A DNA stretch of 64,000 nt from a virus (IMGVR_UViG_3300030101_002520:1-64000); one strand, 5' to 3'. Counted from the stretch's first letter, positions 19,902 through 30,437 are shown. Numbers and translations are program-made. Notes: a model not told the origin generated them from the letters alone.

Positions 19902-19912
19902 AAGTTTATAAT

Positions 19913-20584
19913 ATGCAAAGAATAGGAGATATAATTTCTCGGATTAGAGGTCAAATAAAAGCTGAATCTGAGGATGCTTTTGTTACAGATAGATACTTAT
20001 ATAGTTTAATTAAAAAGTATGCACAACTTTTTATGAGAAGGCAAGACAGCACTAATAAGCTTAAGAAGTTTAATAGTGTATGGCAAAGTTTAGATTTTGT
20101 AGAGCTAGTAGAAGTTGATAAAATAGAATCTAAATGTTGTGGTATTCAAAGTGATTGTAAAATAAAACGTACTAGATTAAAACTTCCAGCATTTATGGAA
20201 GGTTATTGGGGACCTTTAATTAGAACTGTATCTTCTATTGATGGATCTATAGAATGTCAAGCTACTTCACCTGGCACATATACATCAATGACCAGATCTA
20301 CATCATTTAAATATAATAAAACAAAATATTTCTGGTGGTTAAATGACTATTTATACTTACCTAATGTAGAATGGGATGCAATTAAAGTAGAAGGTATATG
20401 GGAAAATGATATATCAAAATTTAATTGTGATCCTTCTGATGATTGTATTCCTAGATATTTACAAAGAATATATGTACCAGAATTTCTATTTGCAGAAATA
20501 GAACAACAAGTGTTACAAGAAACCTTTAATACAATGAAAGTTCCTGCAGAAAATGCGGATGATAAACAAAATATAAATAGATAA
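19913..20584 (+). CDS. Tail ring/tubular protein
   Basis: Position; KYFWWLNDYLYLPN motif; helical termini; TAATG coupling to the next gene. Confidence 0.6.
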   Translation: MQRIGDIISRIRGQIKAESEDAFVTDRYLYSLIKKYAQLFMRRQDSTNKLKKFNSVWQSLDFVELVEVDKIESKCCGIQSDCKIKRTRLKLPAFMEGYWGPLIRTVSSIDGSIECQATSPGTYTSMTRSTSFKYNKTKYFWWLNDYLYLPNVEWDAIKVEGIWENDISKFNCDPSDDCIPRYLQRIYVPEFLFAEIEQQVLQETFNTMKVPAENADDKQNINR

Positions 20585-21498
20585 TGGCAATCTCACATAA
20601 ATATAGAACGTTTAATCAATTATTAGAAGATGTAACTATAGATTTTTCTAGTCAAGCTTTAGAAGGTATGGTTGAACCTCAACAGTTAATTAGAGTTGCA
20701 ATAAGAGTTAACTATGATTTAGGTTTAAGAATTAATAGAACAAAAGAATATCTTTTAGAAGTAGAACATGGTAAAGCAAAAATGCCAGCAGATTTTAAAT
20801 ATTTAAATTATGCTTTTGTATGTGATGAATTTAAAATAGTAAATACACTTCCTTCAGGTACACATATTGACACAACACAACCTAAATATGTACCAGCTCC
20901 TGATGGTGGTGATACAGGGCCTTGTGATGATCCTACATGTAAAGATGTTTGTATTGTCCAAACTTGTCCAGATGAAAAGAATGGAGAAACTGTGTTTAAT
21001 CAATATATGGTTGTTCAGTATATGGGTGCTGAACAGTATAGAACTTCTAATAGATTTTATCCTTTAAGAATTAAAGATAGTATTGGATCTGTACAAAACG
21101 GATGTCCAAATATGAATGTAGAGGCTGTTGATATAGCTGAAATAAGGGATGGTTATCTTTTAACTAATTTTGATACTGGTAAAGTATTTATAAGTTATCA
21201 AGGAGCTATGGAGGATGAGGATGGTAATCTTTTAGTTTTAGATCATCCTTACTGTAATGAATATTATGAGTATGCTTTAAAAGAAAGAATATTAGAGAAC
21301 ATGTTATTTGATGGAGAAAATGTATCACAAAAATTAGGATATATACAAGGTAGATTAAGAGCAGCTAGAAACAATGCTTTAGGATTTATAAATACACCGA
21401 ACTTTAAAGAAATGCAAAAAATATGGGAAGTAAATAGAAAGGCACAATATAATAATTATTATAATATGTTTAAAAGCTTTCCTACAACTAGAATGTAA
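20584..21498 (+). CDS. Tail tubular/ring protein (Ttub-like)
   Basis: GYLLTNFDTGKVFISYQGAMEDEDGNLLVLDHP motif characteristic of crAss-like tail tubular proteins; precedes the muzzle. Confidence 0.7.
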   Translation: MAISHKYRTFNQLLEDVTIDFSSQALEGMVEPQQLIRVAIRVNYDLGLRINRTKEYLLEVEHGKAKMPADFKYLNYAFVCDEFKIVNTLPSGTHIDTTQPKYVPAPDGGDTGPCDDPTCKDVCIVQTCPDEKNGETVFNQYMVVQYMGAEQYRTSNRFYPLRIKDSIGSVQNGCPNMNVEAVDIAEIRDGYLLTNFDTGKVFISYQGAMEDEDGNLLVLDHPYCNEYYEYALKERILENMLFDGENVSQKLGYIQGRLRAARNNALGFINTPNFKEMQKIWEVNRKAQYNNYYNMFKSFPTTRM

Positions 21499-24400
21499 TG
21501 GCAAAAAAACAATCAAATTTTAAGCCTGTTAATACCTCAAATATAGATACAGATGTATTTATAAAAGGTATGAATAAAGACTCTCATAGAAGTTTTGTTG
21601 GAAAGGAGAGTTGGACACATTGTAGAAATTGTATAAATAATTCTGCTAAAGGAGATGCTGGTACTGTAGGTAATGAGCCAGCAACTCTTCTATGTATTAC
21701 TACTGGTTATACTATTATAGGTGCTATTTATCTATATGGAGATAAATGGATATTATATTCTACTGATGATACTAATAGTGAAATAGGTTTATTTGATGAC
21801 AGTGAATGTACTTACAATCCATTAGTAAATGACACATGTTTAAACTTTAATAGATTTAATTTAATAACAGGAGCATCAAAAGAAAATTTTGATTGTACTT
21901 GGCAAGTATATTGGGATGACGGACTTAATCCATCTAGAACAATCAACTTAGGAAATAAAGATGAAATATTAGAAAATAATTATATTCCTTATGTTCAAGT
22001 ACAAGTTGCAGGTTTAGATGTAAATGGAGATCCTTGTGTTGAGTTTGAAAATGTTCAACCATTACAATTAGATTGTGATAGAATACGTTTAGCACCTTTA
22101 ATGAAAACACCATGTGTAAAACTATCTAAAGCAGATAGTCCTGGTCAACTATTAAATGGATCATACCAAGCTTATATAGCTTATTTAATAAATGAACAAC
22201 AAATAGGTAATTATATAGGTGTTTCAAATGTGCAAGCTTTATATGATGAAGGTGGCACTGCTTCTTCTTTAGATATTAAGATAACTAATTTAGATACTAA
22301 TTTTAGTGATTATAAATTAGTATTATTAATAAATAATCAACAACAACCGCAAGCTATACAAGTGGGTATCTATAGCACACATCAAACTGAAATAAATATA
22401 GATTATGTTTCAGAAAATAAAGCTACAGCTGCACAAGTAGATATAGCAGAATTGCCATTACAAAATCCTGCATATGAAAGATCAGATCAAATGGTTCCTG
22501 TTAATGATTACTTATTAAGAATTGGACCTACAACTAATTTTGATTTTAATTATCAACCGTTAGCAAATAAAATAACTGCCAAATGGGTTTCTGTAGAATA
22601 TCCTGCTGAGTATTATAAGAATGGAGGTAGCAAACCTACATTTATGAGGGATGAGCAATACTCATTTTTTATTAGATTTATATATAATACAGGAGATAAA
22701 TCAAGTTCATATCACATACCAGGGCGTGCATACTTAACTAACAATCCTATATATGGAGATGAAAAAGGTGCACCCGGTCAACAAAATGTTTTAAATAATC
22801 AAGAGACTGAAATATGGCAAGTAAATAATACTTCATTTGTAGATGACTTTGGACCTTTTGATAATCCTAATACAGATGATGGAGGTGTAATAATTTCTAA
22901 AGGTCAAATGGGTTATTGGGAATCTACAGAGTTTTATCCTGCTGAAGATCCTTATGGAAGATGGCAAGAGCTTTGTGGTCAACCTATAAGACATCATAAA
23001 TTTCCAGATGAACAAACTGATGAAACTGTAGATAGATCTAATGCTGATAATCAAAAAATTAGAGTGCTTGGTGTAGAGTTTGATAATATAGCCTGGCCTG
23101 TAGATAATGAAGGACAAATAATAAGAAATATTGTTGGTTATGAAATACTTGTAGGTTCAAGACAAGGTAATAAATCTATCCTATCTAAAGGTATAGTTAG
23201 AAATATGAAGCAATATAGATTACCTGATGCTCCACAAACAGGTGGTAACTATGGTGCTGATAATCCATTTCTTACAGACACTGTAGGTATAATGCCTAAC
23301 TATCCTTATAATGATTTAAGAAATGACCAATTCTTAACAGCAAATGCGCCAGATGGAGGTAATTCAAATAATCCACCAATGCCAGTAAGTGGTGCTTTTC
23401 GTTGTGGAGATACTACAGATTTTAGAGGTTGTAATAATTTTTATACATTTCATTCACCAGAGACATCATTTCAAAGACCGTTTTTAAATCCTTCAGAAAT
23501 GAAAACTTACGGTTACACTAGAGGAAAGCAACAAGGGTTTTTTAGACCTTCAGAAGGTCATCCTAAAAATATATTAATAAGAGACTTTGTAGCAATAATA
23601 GCAGCATTTATTGGTGTAGGTTTTGCTATTAGTAAACATCGTGGTAAAAGAACAACTGAGTTAGAAATAGGTGGTACTGTTGGTTATCCTGTTGCAAGTG
23701 CTGCTATTGAACCTTTAGAAACAGCATTTACAGCATCTTCATTAGTTGGTCCAGGTTTGGGTGAGGTTGTTTACTTTAATGGTACATCTGGAATAATTGC
23801 AGCTAATGCTGTTCCAGCAGGTATAGTAGGGCAATTAGGGGGTAATAGAAAAATTACATTTGAAGGAACAGATGTAAAGTCATTACCTAATATACCCGCT
23901 ATAATATCTGGTTTATTTACAACAATGCACTATGCTGCTGTTGGTGGACAAGAAGTTGTAGATCTTGTTTATAATGTAGCAGGTGAACATCAGTATGCTT
24001 ACAAGTATAATTCTTATGGTTTATATTCTATAACATCACCAATACCTATTGATCAAACATTTAGGCAAAATATAACAAAGTCAAGATATGTTGGTAATAC
24101 ATTTCAAGATTTTGGATCAGATGATATTTTTACAAATGTAAGAATTAACAATTTATATAGACCAGCTACAGTAGTTGTTCAAACAAATGGAACTGCTGAC
24201 AATATTCTTAATGCATTACCTACACCTTTTAACTTTGATGTTTCAAGAAATACTATAGGTAATTTAGGTATAACAGCTTTTCCTACAGCAGACATTAGAT
24301 CTGATATTGGTGCTCATTATGTTGCAATGAAATTTGCAATGGATAATCAATATGGACAATTAGACGGTATTAAACAAGTTCCTATTCCATGTCCTCAAAG

Positions 24401-27400
24401 ATTTATTAGGCAGGGTGCAAAGCCTGATCAAGATGAAGTAGAAGTTACACCATTAGATTTATTACCTTATGTTTCAACAAATTTAAATAATTTAATTCCT
24501 GGTGAAGTATTTAAAACAGAAACTTTATTTGGTGGTGATGTATATATAAATAGATATAGTGAGAAAGTTATAATGCCTTTCTTTTGGGAATTTTTAAATG
24601 GTCAACCTGATAACTTTGGATTTGATTATAGAGACTATCAAAATGTTCCTTATCCAAGATATTATATGAGTACAAATAAATATGATATGCATAATTTATT
24701 TGCCCCATTACTTGATTTAAGTTTTAACTGGTCAACAGGTGATAGTATTCCTAGTGCTATGCGTAATATGGATAAGGAAGGTGATGGTTTATCTGGATCT
24801 TTTGGTGGTGGTGGTACTATTAATATAGGTGCAGCTTCAGGTATAGGAACAGGTGGTCAAGGTGCTGCACAAGGTAGTAGTTTATTTGTATTAAGAAGAG
24901 CATACATGTACACTCATAATAGTGGTGTAAATGATTTCTTTGTAGAGTCTGAATTAAATCTTGCATATAGAGCACAAGGTGAAGGTAGAAAAGAAAAATA
25001 TTATGACTGGTCACAGTTTACAGATCTTAATACTTTATTTCATTCTGATATTATTAAAGAAGGTAATTTTTATAAGTATGATTATTCATTAAGTAAGTCT
25101 AATTTAATAAGTCAATTAATAAGTTACAGTTTAATACAAGGTAGAGATTATGATCCAAATGTAGCAGCTACATGTTATGATCACTATACAAAAAGAGTCT
25201 TATATTCATTACAAGCATTTAAAGAAGCTAAACAAGATTTCTGGAGAGTATACCTACCAAATAACTATAAAGACTTTAAGAATGCTCCTACAACTATTAA
25301 ACCTATATCTAAAACAGGAGCAATGATTTTATTTCCACATTTAGCTCCATTATTATTTGAAGGTGTTGATACACTTACAACTGATTTAGATACTAAACTT
25401 ACTATTGGTGATGGAGGTTTATTTAGTCAACCAATGAAGCAAATTACTACTGCTGATTTGCCACATGAATATGGATCATGTGAAAATTCTAGAAGTGTGA
25501 TTAATACACCAGCTGGTATTTATTATATCTCTCAAGCTCAAGGTAAAATATTTAATGTTTCAGGTCAAGGTTTAAATAATATTGCTGATGCTGGAATGAA
25601 ACAATGGTTTAATACATATTTACCATCTAGATTATTAGCTGCTTTTCCAGAAATAGAAGGCACAGATTTTGCTGATAATCCTGTTGTAGGTATAGGATGT
25701 CAAGCTGTATATGATCCTAATTATGATATAGTTTACTTTTCTAAAAAAGATTATGAACCTTGTAATGTAGATAGTTGTATAGAGTTTGATCCTACTATTC
25801 CTGGTTTTATTAATCCTTGTGAAAACCCTCCTGTTGAAGAATGTCCTGATGGATTTATTCTAAATGAAGAAACAGGATTATGTTGTACTGAGTGTTCTCC
25901 AATTCAAATAGATAATGGAGATCAGTGTTGTACTTGGTATTTTCAAGAACCTGATTTTGAATTGCCTAGTGCTCCTTCTGATGCTAATTTTGATGCAGTA
26001 GATTTATATTTAGAAAATGGCGGATTTCAAAATGAAACTGGAACTCCTTACTGGCCAGACTGTACATTTACCTCTGATAACGATGGCAGTTGTATTGACC
26101 AAATAATGCAAAGTGGGTGGGGAAATGTTCCTAGTCCATGGGAACCTTGCATGAAAGATTGTTGTGATCCTTATTTTATAGATGCTGATGGAATAGAACA
26201 GTGTTCTCCAGTTTGCGCAGGTCTTATTCCAACGCCTGACTGTGGTGAACAAGGACATGCTCAAACTACTGATAGTCTTAATGGTGAAATTTTTAGGCAA
26301 ACTAAAACAAGAACTTGTTGTGGTTTAAAACCATTTACAGGTACTACTTATTTAGGATTAGTACATCAATGGAATGGAAATTATCCAGGAGCATGGCAAG
26401 AAGGAGCAAGTCAGGAATTAAAAGATGAAGATGGTAATCCTCAACCAATGACTACTGGTGCTATATATGAAGGAAGAGTAGTAGTAGCAGCAGATTATCA
26501 AAAAAATCTTGATGGTGAACCAGGTTCTCCTTTGGTACTTATTGCTGGTATTTTAGGTGAGGAGGCTGAGTTCCCTCCACCTGATCCAGTATATGATACT
26601 TATTACACTAATATACCGCCAGAAGAAAATCAAGCACTATATGCTGATTTTCCTTATGATATTTATCAGTCTGCTTATCAGTGGGGCGTAAAATGGGAGA
26701 TAACATATAATATATTTGAAGATGTTACTTCAGTAGTTGATCTATTCAATTGCCGTTTGAATACTGAAGTTATATTGCAATGGGATGCAGAGTCACCACT
26801 TCGTGATTTAGAATTAAATGTATATCCAGTACTAGGTGGACCTAACGAAAATGAGTGGGGTGGATATCAAGGTCAATATTATAATAGACCTGAAATACAA
26901 ATATGGGGTAGTATGGAGCCTTGTCTTAGTGAGGACGGATATTGGTGTACTGCATTTGATACAGTAACTGTACCAGGTCCTGCATACGGTGATCCTGTAA
27001 ATGTAGTTGAATATATTGGAAGCCCTGATGATGCAGAATTACTTTGGAGATCAGGAGATATTTCTCAAGGTGGAACAGTGCATCATATAAATACCGGTTG
27101 GGTACCATATACTTATACATTACAACCAACAAAACCATGGAAGTATTTTACTTATCTAGTAAACGGTTTACCTGCTATTCACTATCAATTTAGCGGTAGC
27201 ACCATGACAGGTCAATATAGGGATGTAACTTCAACTGGTGCTTACTTATGTTTAGATAGCCTTACACCTCCTAGTGTTGTAATTACACCTGGGTTTTGTT
27301 CGTGTGCTGATCCTTATACTTTAGTTTTTGATGATGGTGAATATCAAACACCTGCAACAGAAGAAGATTGTCTTAATTTTCAAATAAATGGTACTAATCC

Positions 27401-30400
27401 TGTAATATGCGCATTACAAGAGTGTACAGATAAGGTGTGTACAGAACCCACACTTGTAAACCCTCCTATAGATATAACAAATAGTGAAGACTTTAAAGAT
27501 GTTTCTTGGACTGCAAGTTATGATCCTAAAATAAAAGGATGGATATCATTTCATGATTGGCATCCAGAACTTACTATATCTAGCTTAAATCATTTTATGA
27601 CTACAAAAATTAGTAGTATAGATAATTTATATTGTCCACCTAATTATGAGTTAAATCCAATAACTGGTCAATGTGATCCAATAAATATAGAATGCCCAGA
27701 AGGTTCAGTTTTAATAGATGGTGAGTGTTGTAGTGTTGCATATGGTGAATTAAATTATAACCCTGGTGATCTTGATAGTGTAGAGTATAACATGAATGAA
27801 GGAGTTGTAAATATGTTTACTAGGGTAGATACAACTAAATCTTATACATATAGTGATAAGAATACAATTCAATTTGAAATTGATGATAAAGTATTACAAA
27901 ATATAAAAAGATTTAAACCTAAGACTTTTAAATTAAATATACCTTTTTATGAGGATGAAACAATTGAGGTTACATTAGAACATACATCTGTAAGAAAGAA
28001 AGATTTTGTTTATTTAGCTAGAACTAAAGATGGATATGAAAGAAAAAATATATATCCTAATGTTCGTACATATAAAATTAAATCAGATAATATTAGTGGT
28101 ATATTAAGTATTTCTGATAACTCAGTAATAGGAACTTTAGTGAAAGATAAAAAGATATCTGAGATACATAGGGCTAATACTAATACACATGTTTTATATA
28201 AATCTTCTGATGCTAAAGTTAAATCAACATTCACATGTCTTACAGAAAATGCAAAAGATTCAGCTATAAGAGCAGCAGGTAGAAATACACAAACACCTAG
28301 ATCTTTAAATGCTCAGTGTATTACAATGGCTTTTGATATAGACTTTCCTACAGCAAATGCGCTTGGTGGTGATCTTCCTAATTTTTTAGAAACTGTAGTA
28401 GCTGGAATGAGTGAAATTTATACCAATGAATTAAATACAGAAATTATACTTGGTAGCATGGTAGTTTCAGAAGCAGAAGGTATTATTTATAGTGAACAAT
28501 TACCTGATATAGTGGATGAAAATGGAAATGTTATTGAAGCAGGAGAGTATGTAATACAATCATCTCAAGAGATGTTAGATTTATTAATTGATACTTGGAC
28601 AAATACTCCGGAGTTAGAAGATATTGAAAGAACTACTGTTCATTTAATAACTACAAGACTTTCTACTGGTAGAGCTAAAAAGTTAGGTTTATGTAGCAAG
28701 TCACAAAGTTTTGCTGTTTGTGGTTTAGCTTCATCATTTGTTATACAAGGTCAACCGGGTAGTTTGGGTTATTCAATTGAAGATGGTTGGGTAGGAGTTG
28801 CAATTTCTTGGCCACTAAAAGTTCTTTGTCATGAGCTTGGTCATAACATTGGATCTAGTCATACTCATGCTGGATATTGGCAACCAGATCCTAATTATAA
28901 TTTTCCAGGAGGCCCTATAGATTCTTGTGATTCATTTTCTAATACTTATGATCAAACTAATTCAAATGCTAGTGGAGTTGATCCTGATACTTTAGAATGG
29001 AATAGTAATATAGAATATGGAACAATAATGAGTTATTGTCAATGGTTACCTGATGCAGATGATCTAATGACTTTTGAATTTCATCCTATTGTTAAAGATC
29101 AAATATTAATTCCAAATCTAACTCAAGATTCAACTAATGCAATTCTTTATTTTGATGTATCAAGTCAAAATGCAGTATCTAGTGATGATATAATGGCAAC
29201 TCCATGTTTATCTTGCCCAGATGTTGTTACAGACGAAACATATGGATGTACCGATGTTAATGCATCAAATTATAATCCAAATGCAACAATTGATGATAAT
29301 AGTTGTGTATATGATATACCTGGAGGCTGCACTGATCCAACAGCATTAAATTATGATGTATCAGCAGAGGTTGATAATGGTAGTTGTATTTATGATTCTA
29401 CTTTTGGCTGTACTGATCCAATAGCAATAAACTACAATGCTAATGCAACCGATGATGATGGTTCATGCATTTATCCTCCACCAACTATATTAGGTTGTAC
29501 TGATCCTGCTGCATTAAATTTTGATCCTGCAGCTAACACACCTTGTACAACAGATGCCCAGGGTATTTTTAATTTTTTAAATGCTTGTTGTGTATATCCA
29601 CCTGTATTAACTTCTTGCACCTGCCCAAGTGGTTATATAATGATACAAGCAGGATCTTTAAACTCTAGCACACTTGAATATGTTGAAGCTACTGCAGCTG
29701 ATTGTCTTAATTGTGGAGGAACTTGTGTGGAATGTATTCAGATAAACTGCACTCCTTTAGATACAGATAGTTTAGAACCATCAGCTGGATCAGGAAGTTT
29801 ATGGAAACATAATGTTCGTTGTGATTTATTTAACAACTACTATGATGTACAATATCCTTGGGAGATAGAGCTTGTAGAAAGTATAGGTCAAACAGTTAAT
29901 ACTATAAGAAGTATTGAATATCAATTAGAATCATATTTACATCAACCAAAGTTAGATGAAGATGGTTGTGTTTTAAATTATGGATGTGATGATAGATGGC
30001 ATGATCTTAGTTATAATTTTGATGAAGCTATTATTTATAATACAGAACAAGTATCTGGTTTACTAACACTTACAGAACAGACAGCAGATGTTAATGATAT
30101 TGTTAGTTATCCAATAATAGGTGTAGCAGATATAAATATTCTTTATAGTAAAATAGAACAAAAATATAGGTTTGATCAATTTTGGGATGTTACAAATGAT
30201 AGGTCTGTACCTGAACCAATATTTATTACACAACTAAATGGTTATGTAAGAGATCTTAATGAGGCTTATATGAACTATAACAAGCCACAATTAGAACGTA
30301 AGAAGTTTAGACATTATGTGAATAATTTAATTTTAAGAAAGAAAGTTTCTGTTGATGAATTAGAACAACCAATACTTCATACAAGAAAGATGATACTTAA

Positions 30401-30437
30401 ATTAGTAAATACAAAAATAAATTTATCAGTTAGATAA
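21498..30437 (+). CDS. Tail stabilisation/muzzle protein expanded by two large insertions (CBM-like domain; reprolysin-type metalloprotease plus GCTD repeats)
   Basis: FIKGMNKD...GNE N-terminus, FMRDEQYSFFIRF, FGGDVYINRY and SWTASYDP...WISFHDW core motifs of crAss-like Tstab; HELGHNIGSSH and GTIMSYC within the insert. Confidence 0.8.
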   Translation: MAKKQSNFKPVNTSNIDTDVFIKGMNKDSHRSFVGKESWTHCRNCINNSAKGDAGTVGNEPATLLCITTGYTIIGAIYLYGDKWILYSTDDTNSEIGLFDDSECTYNPLVNDTCLNFNRFNLITGASKENFDCTWQVYWDDGLNPSRTINLGNKDEILENNYIPYVQVQVAGLDVNGDPCVEFENVQPLQLDCDRIRLAPLMKTPCVKLSKADSPGQLLNGSYQAYIAYLINEQQIGNYIGVSNVQALYDEGGTASSLDIKITNLDTNFSDYKLVLLINNQQQPQAIQVGIYSTHQTEINIDYVSENKATAAQVDIAELPLQNPAYERSDQMVPVNDYLLRIGPTTNFDFNYQPLANKITAKWVSVEYPAEYYKNGGSKPTFMRDEQYSFFIRFIYNTGDKSSSYHIPGRAYLTNNPIYGDEKGAPGQQNVLNNQETEIWQVNNTSFVDDFGPFDNPNTDDGGVIISKGQMGYWESTEFYPAEDPYGRWQELCGQPIRHHKFPDEQTDETVDRSNADNQKIRVLGVEFDNIAWPVDNEGQIIRNIVGYEILVGSRQGNKSILSKGIVRNMKQYRLPDAPQTGGNYGADNPFLTDTVGIMPNYPYNDLRNDQFLTANAPDGGNSNNPPMPVSGAFRCGDTTDFRGCNNFYTFHSPETSFQRPFLNPSEMKTYGYTRGKQQGFFRPSEGHPKNILIRDFVAIIAAFIGVGFAISKHRGKRTTELEIGGTVGYPVASAAIEPLETAFTASSLVGPGLGEVVYFNGTSGIIAANAVPAGIVGQLGGNRKITFEGTDVKSLPNIPAIISGLFTTMHYAAVGGQEVVDLVYNVAGEHQYAYKYNSYGLYSITSPIPIDQTFRQNITKSRYVGNTFQDFGSDDIFTNVRINNLYRPATVVVQTNGTADNILNALPTPFNFDVSRNTIGNLGITAFPTADIRSDIGAHYVAMKFAMDNQYGQLDGIKQVPIPCPQRFIRQGAKPDQDEVEVTPLDLLPYVSTNLNNLIPGEVFKTETLFGGDVYINRYSEKVIMPFFWEFLNGQPDNFGFDYRDYQNVPYPRYYMSTNKYDMHNLFAPLLDLSFNWSTGDSIPSAMRNMDKEGDGLSGSFGGGGTINIGAASGIGTGGQGAAQGSSLFVLRRAYMYTHNSGVNDFFVESELNLAYRAQGEGRKEKYYDWSQFTDLNTLFHSDIIKEGNFYKYDYSLSKSNLISQLISYSLIQGRDYDPNVAATCYDHYTKRVLYSLQAFKEAKQDFWRVYLPNNYKDFKNAPTTIKPISKTGAMILFPHLAPLLFEGVDTLTTDLDTKLTIGDGGLFSQPMKQITTADLPHEYGSCENSRSVINTPAGIYYISQAQGKIFNVSGQGLNNIADAGMKQWFNTYLPSRLLAAFPEIEGTDFADNPVVGIGCQAVYDPNYDIVYFSKKDYEPCNVDSCIEFDPTIPGFINPCENPPVEECPDGFILNEETGLCCTECSPIQIDNGDQCCTWYFQEPDFELPSAPSDANFDAVDLYLENGGFQNETGTPYWPDCTFTSDNDGSCIDQIMQSGWGNVPSPWEPCMKDCCDPYFIDADGIEQCSPVCAGLIPTPDCGEQGHAQTTDSLNGEIFRQTKTRTCCGLKPFTGTTYLGLVHQWNGNYPGAWQEGASQELKDEDGNPQPMTTGAIYEGRVVVAADYQKNLDGEPGSPLVLIAGILGEEAEFPPPDPVYDTYYTNIPPEENQALYADFPYDIYQSAYQWGVKWEITYNIFEDVTSVVDLFNCRLNTEVILQWDAESPLRDLELNVYPVLGGPNENEWGGYQGQYYNRPEIQIWGSMEPCLSEDGYWCTAFDTVTVPGPAYGDPVNVVEYIGSPDDAELLWRSGDISQGGTVHHINTGWVPYTYTLQPTKPWKYFTYLVNGLPAIHYQFSGSTMTGQYRDVTSTGAYLCLDSLTPPSVVITPGFCSCADPYTLVFDDGEYQTPATEEDCLNFQINGTNPVICALQECTDKVCTEPTLVNPPIDITNSEDFKDVSWTASYDPKIKGWISFHDWHPELTISSLNHFMTTKISSIDNLYCPPNYELNPITGQCDPINIECPEGSVLIDGECCSVAYGELNYNPGDLDSVEYNMNEGVVNMFTRVDTTKSYTYSDKNTIQFEIDDKVLQNIKRFKPKTFKLNIPFYEDETIEVTLEHTSVRKKDFVYLARTKDGYERKNIYPNVRTYKIKSDNISGILSISDNSVIGTLVKDKKISEIHRANTNTHVLYKSSDAKVKSTFTCLTENAKDSAIRAAGRNTQTPRSLNAQCITMAFDIDFPTANALGGDLPNFLETVVAGMSEIYTNELNTEIILGSMVVSEAEGIIYSEQLPDIVDENGNVIEAGEYVIQSSQEMLDLLIDTWTNTPELEDIERTTVHLITTRLSTGRAKKLGLCSKSQSFAVCGLASSFVIQGQPGSLGYSIEDGWVGVAISWPLKVLCHELGHNIGSSHTHAGYWQPDPNYNFPGGPIDSCDSFSNTYDQTNSNASGVDPDTLEWNSNIEYGTIMSYCQWLPDADDLMTFEFHPIVKDQILIPNLTQDSTNAILYFDVSSQNAVSSDDIMATPCLSCPDVVTDETYGCTDVNASNYNPNATIDDNSCVYDIPGGCTDPTALNYDVSAEVDNGSCIYDSTFGCTDPIAINYNANATDDDGSCIYPPPTILGCTDPAALNFDPAANTPCTTDAQGIFNFLNACCVYPPVLTSCTCPSGYIMIQAGSLNSSTLEYVEATAADCLNCGGTCVECIQINCTPLDTDSLEPSAGSGSLWKHNVRCDLFNNYYDVQYPWEIELVESIGQTVNTIRSIEYQLESYLHQPKLDEDGCVLNYGCDDRWHDLSYNFDEAIIYNTEQVSGLLTLTEQTADVNDIVSYPIIGVADINILYSKIEQKYRFDQFWDVTNDRSVPEPIFITQLNGYVRDLNEAYMNYNKPQLERKKFRHYVNNLILRKKVSVDELEQPILHTRKMILKLVNTKINLSVR
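29241..29597 (+). repeat. Four GCTD-x-x-A-x-N-[YF]...SC-x-Y disulfide repeats
   Basis: YGCTDVNASNYNPNATIDDNSCVY, GGCTDPTALNYDVSAEVDNGSCIY, FGCTDPIAINYNANATDDDGSCIY, LGCTDPAALNFDPAA... Confidence 0.9.

Noticed and set aside
8243-29790. Inteins or self-splicing introns as the explanation for the large insertions
   Set aside because: No C/S...HN-C/S/T splice junctions or LAGLIDADG/HNH motifs were seen; frames are uninterrupted; the inserts look like extracellular domains.
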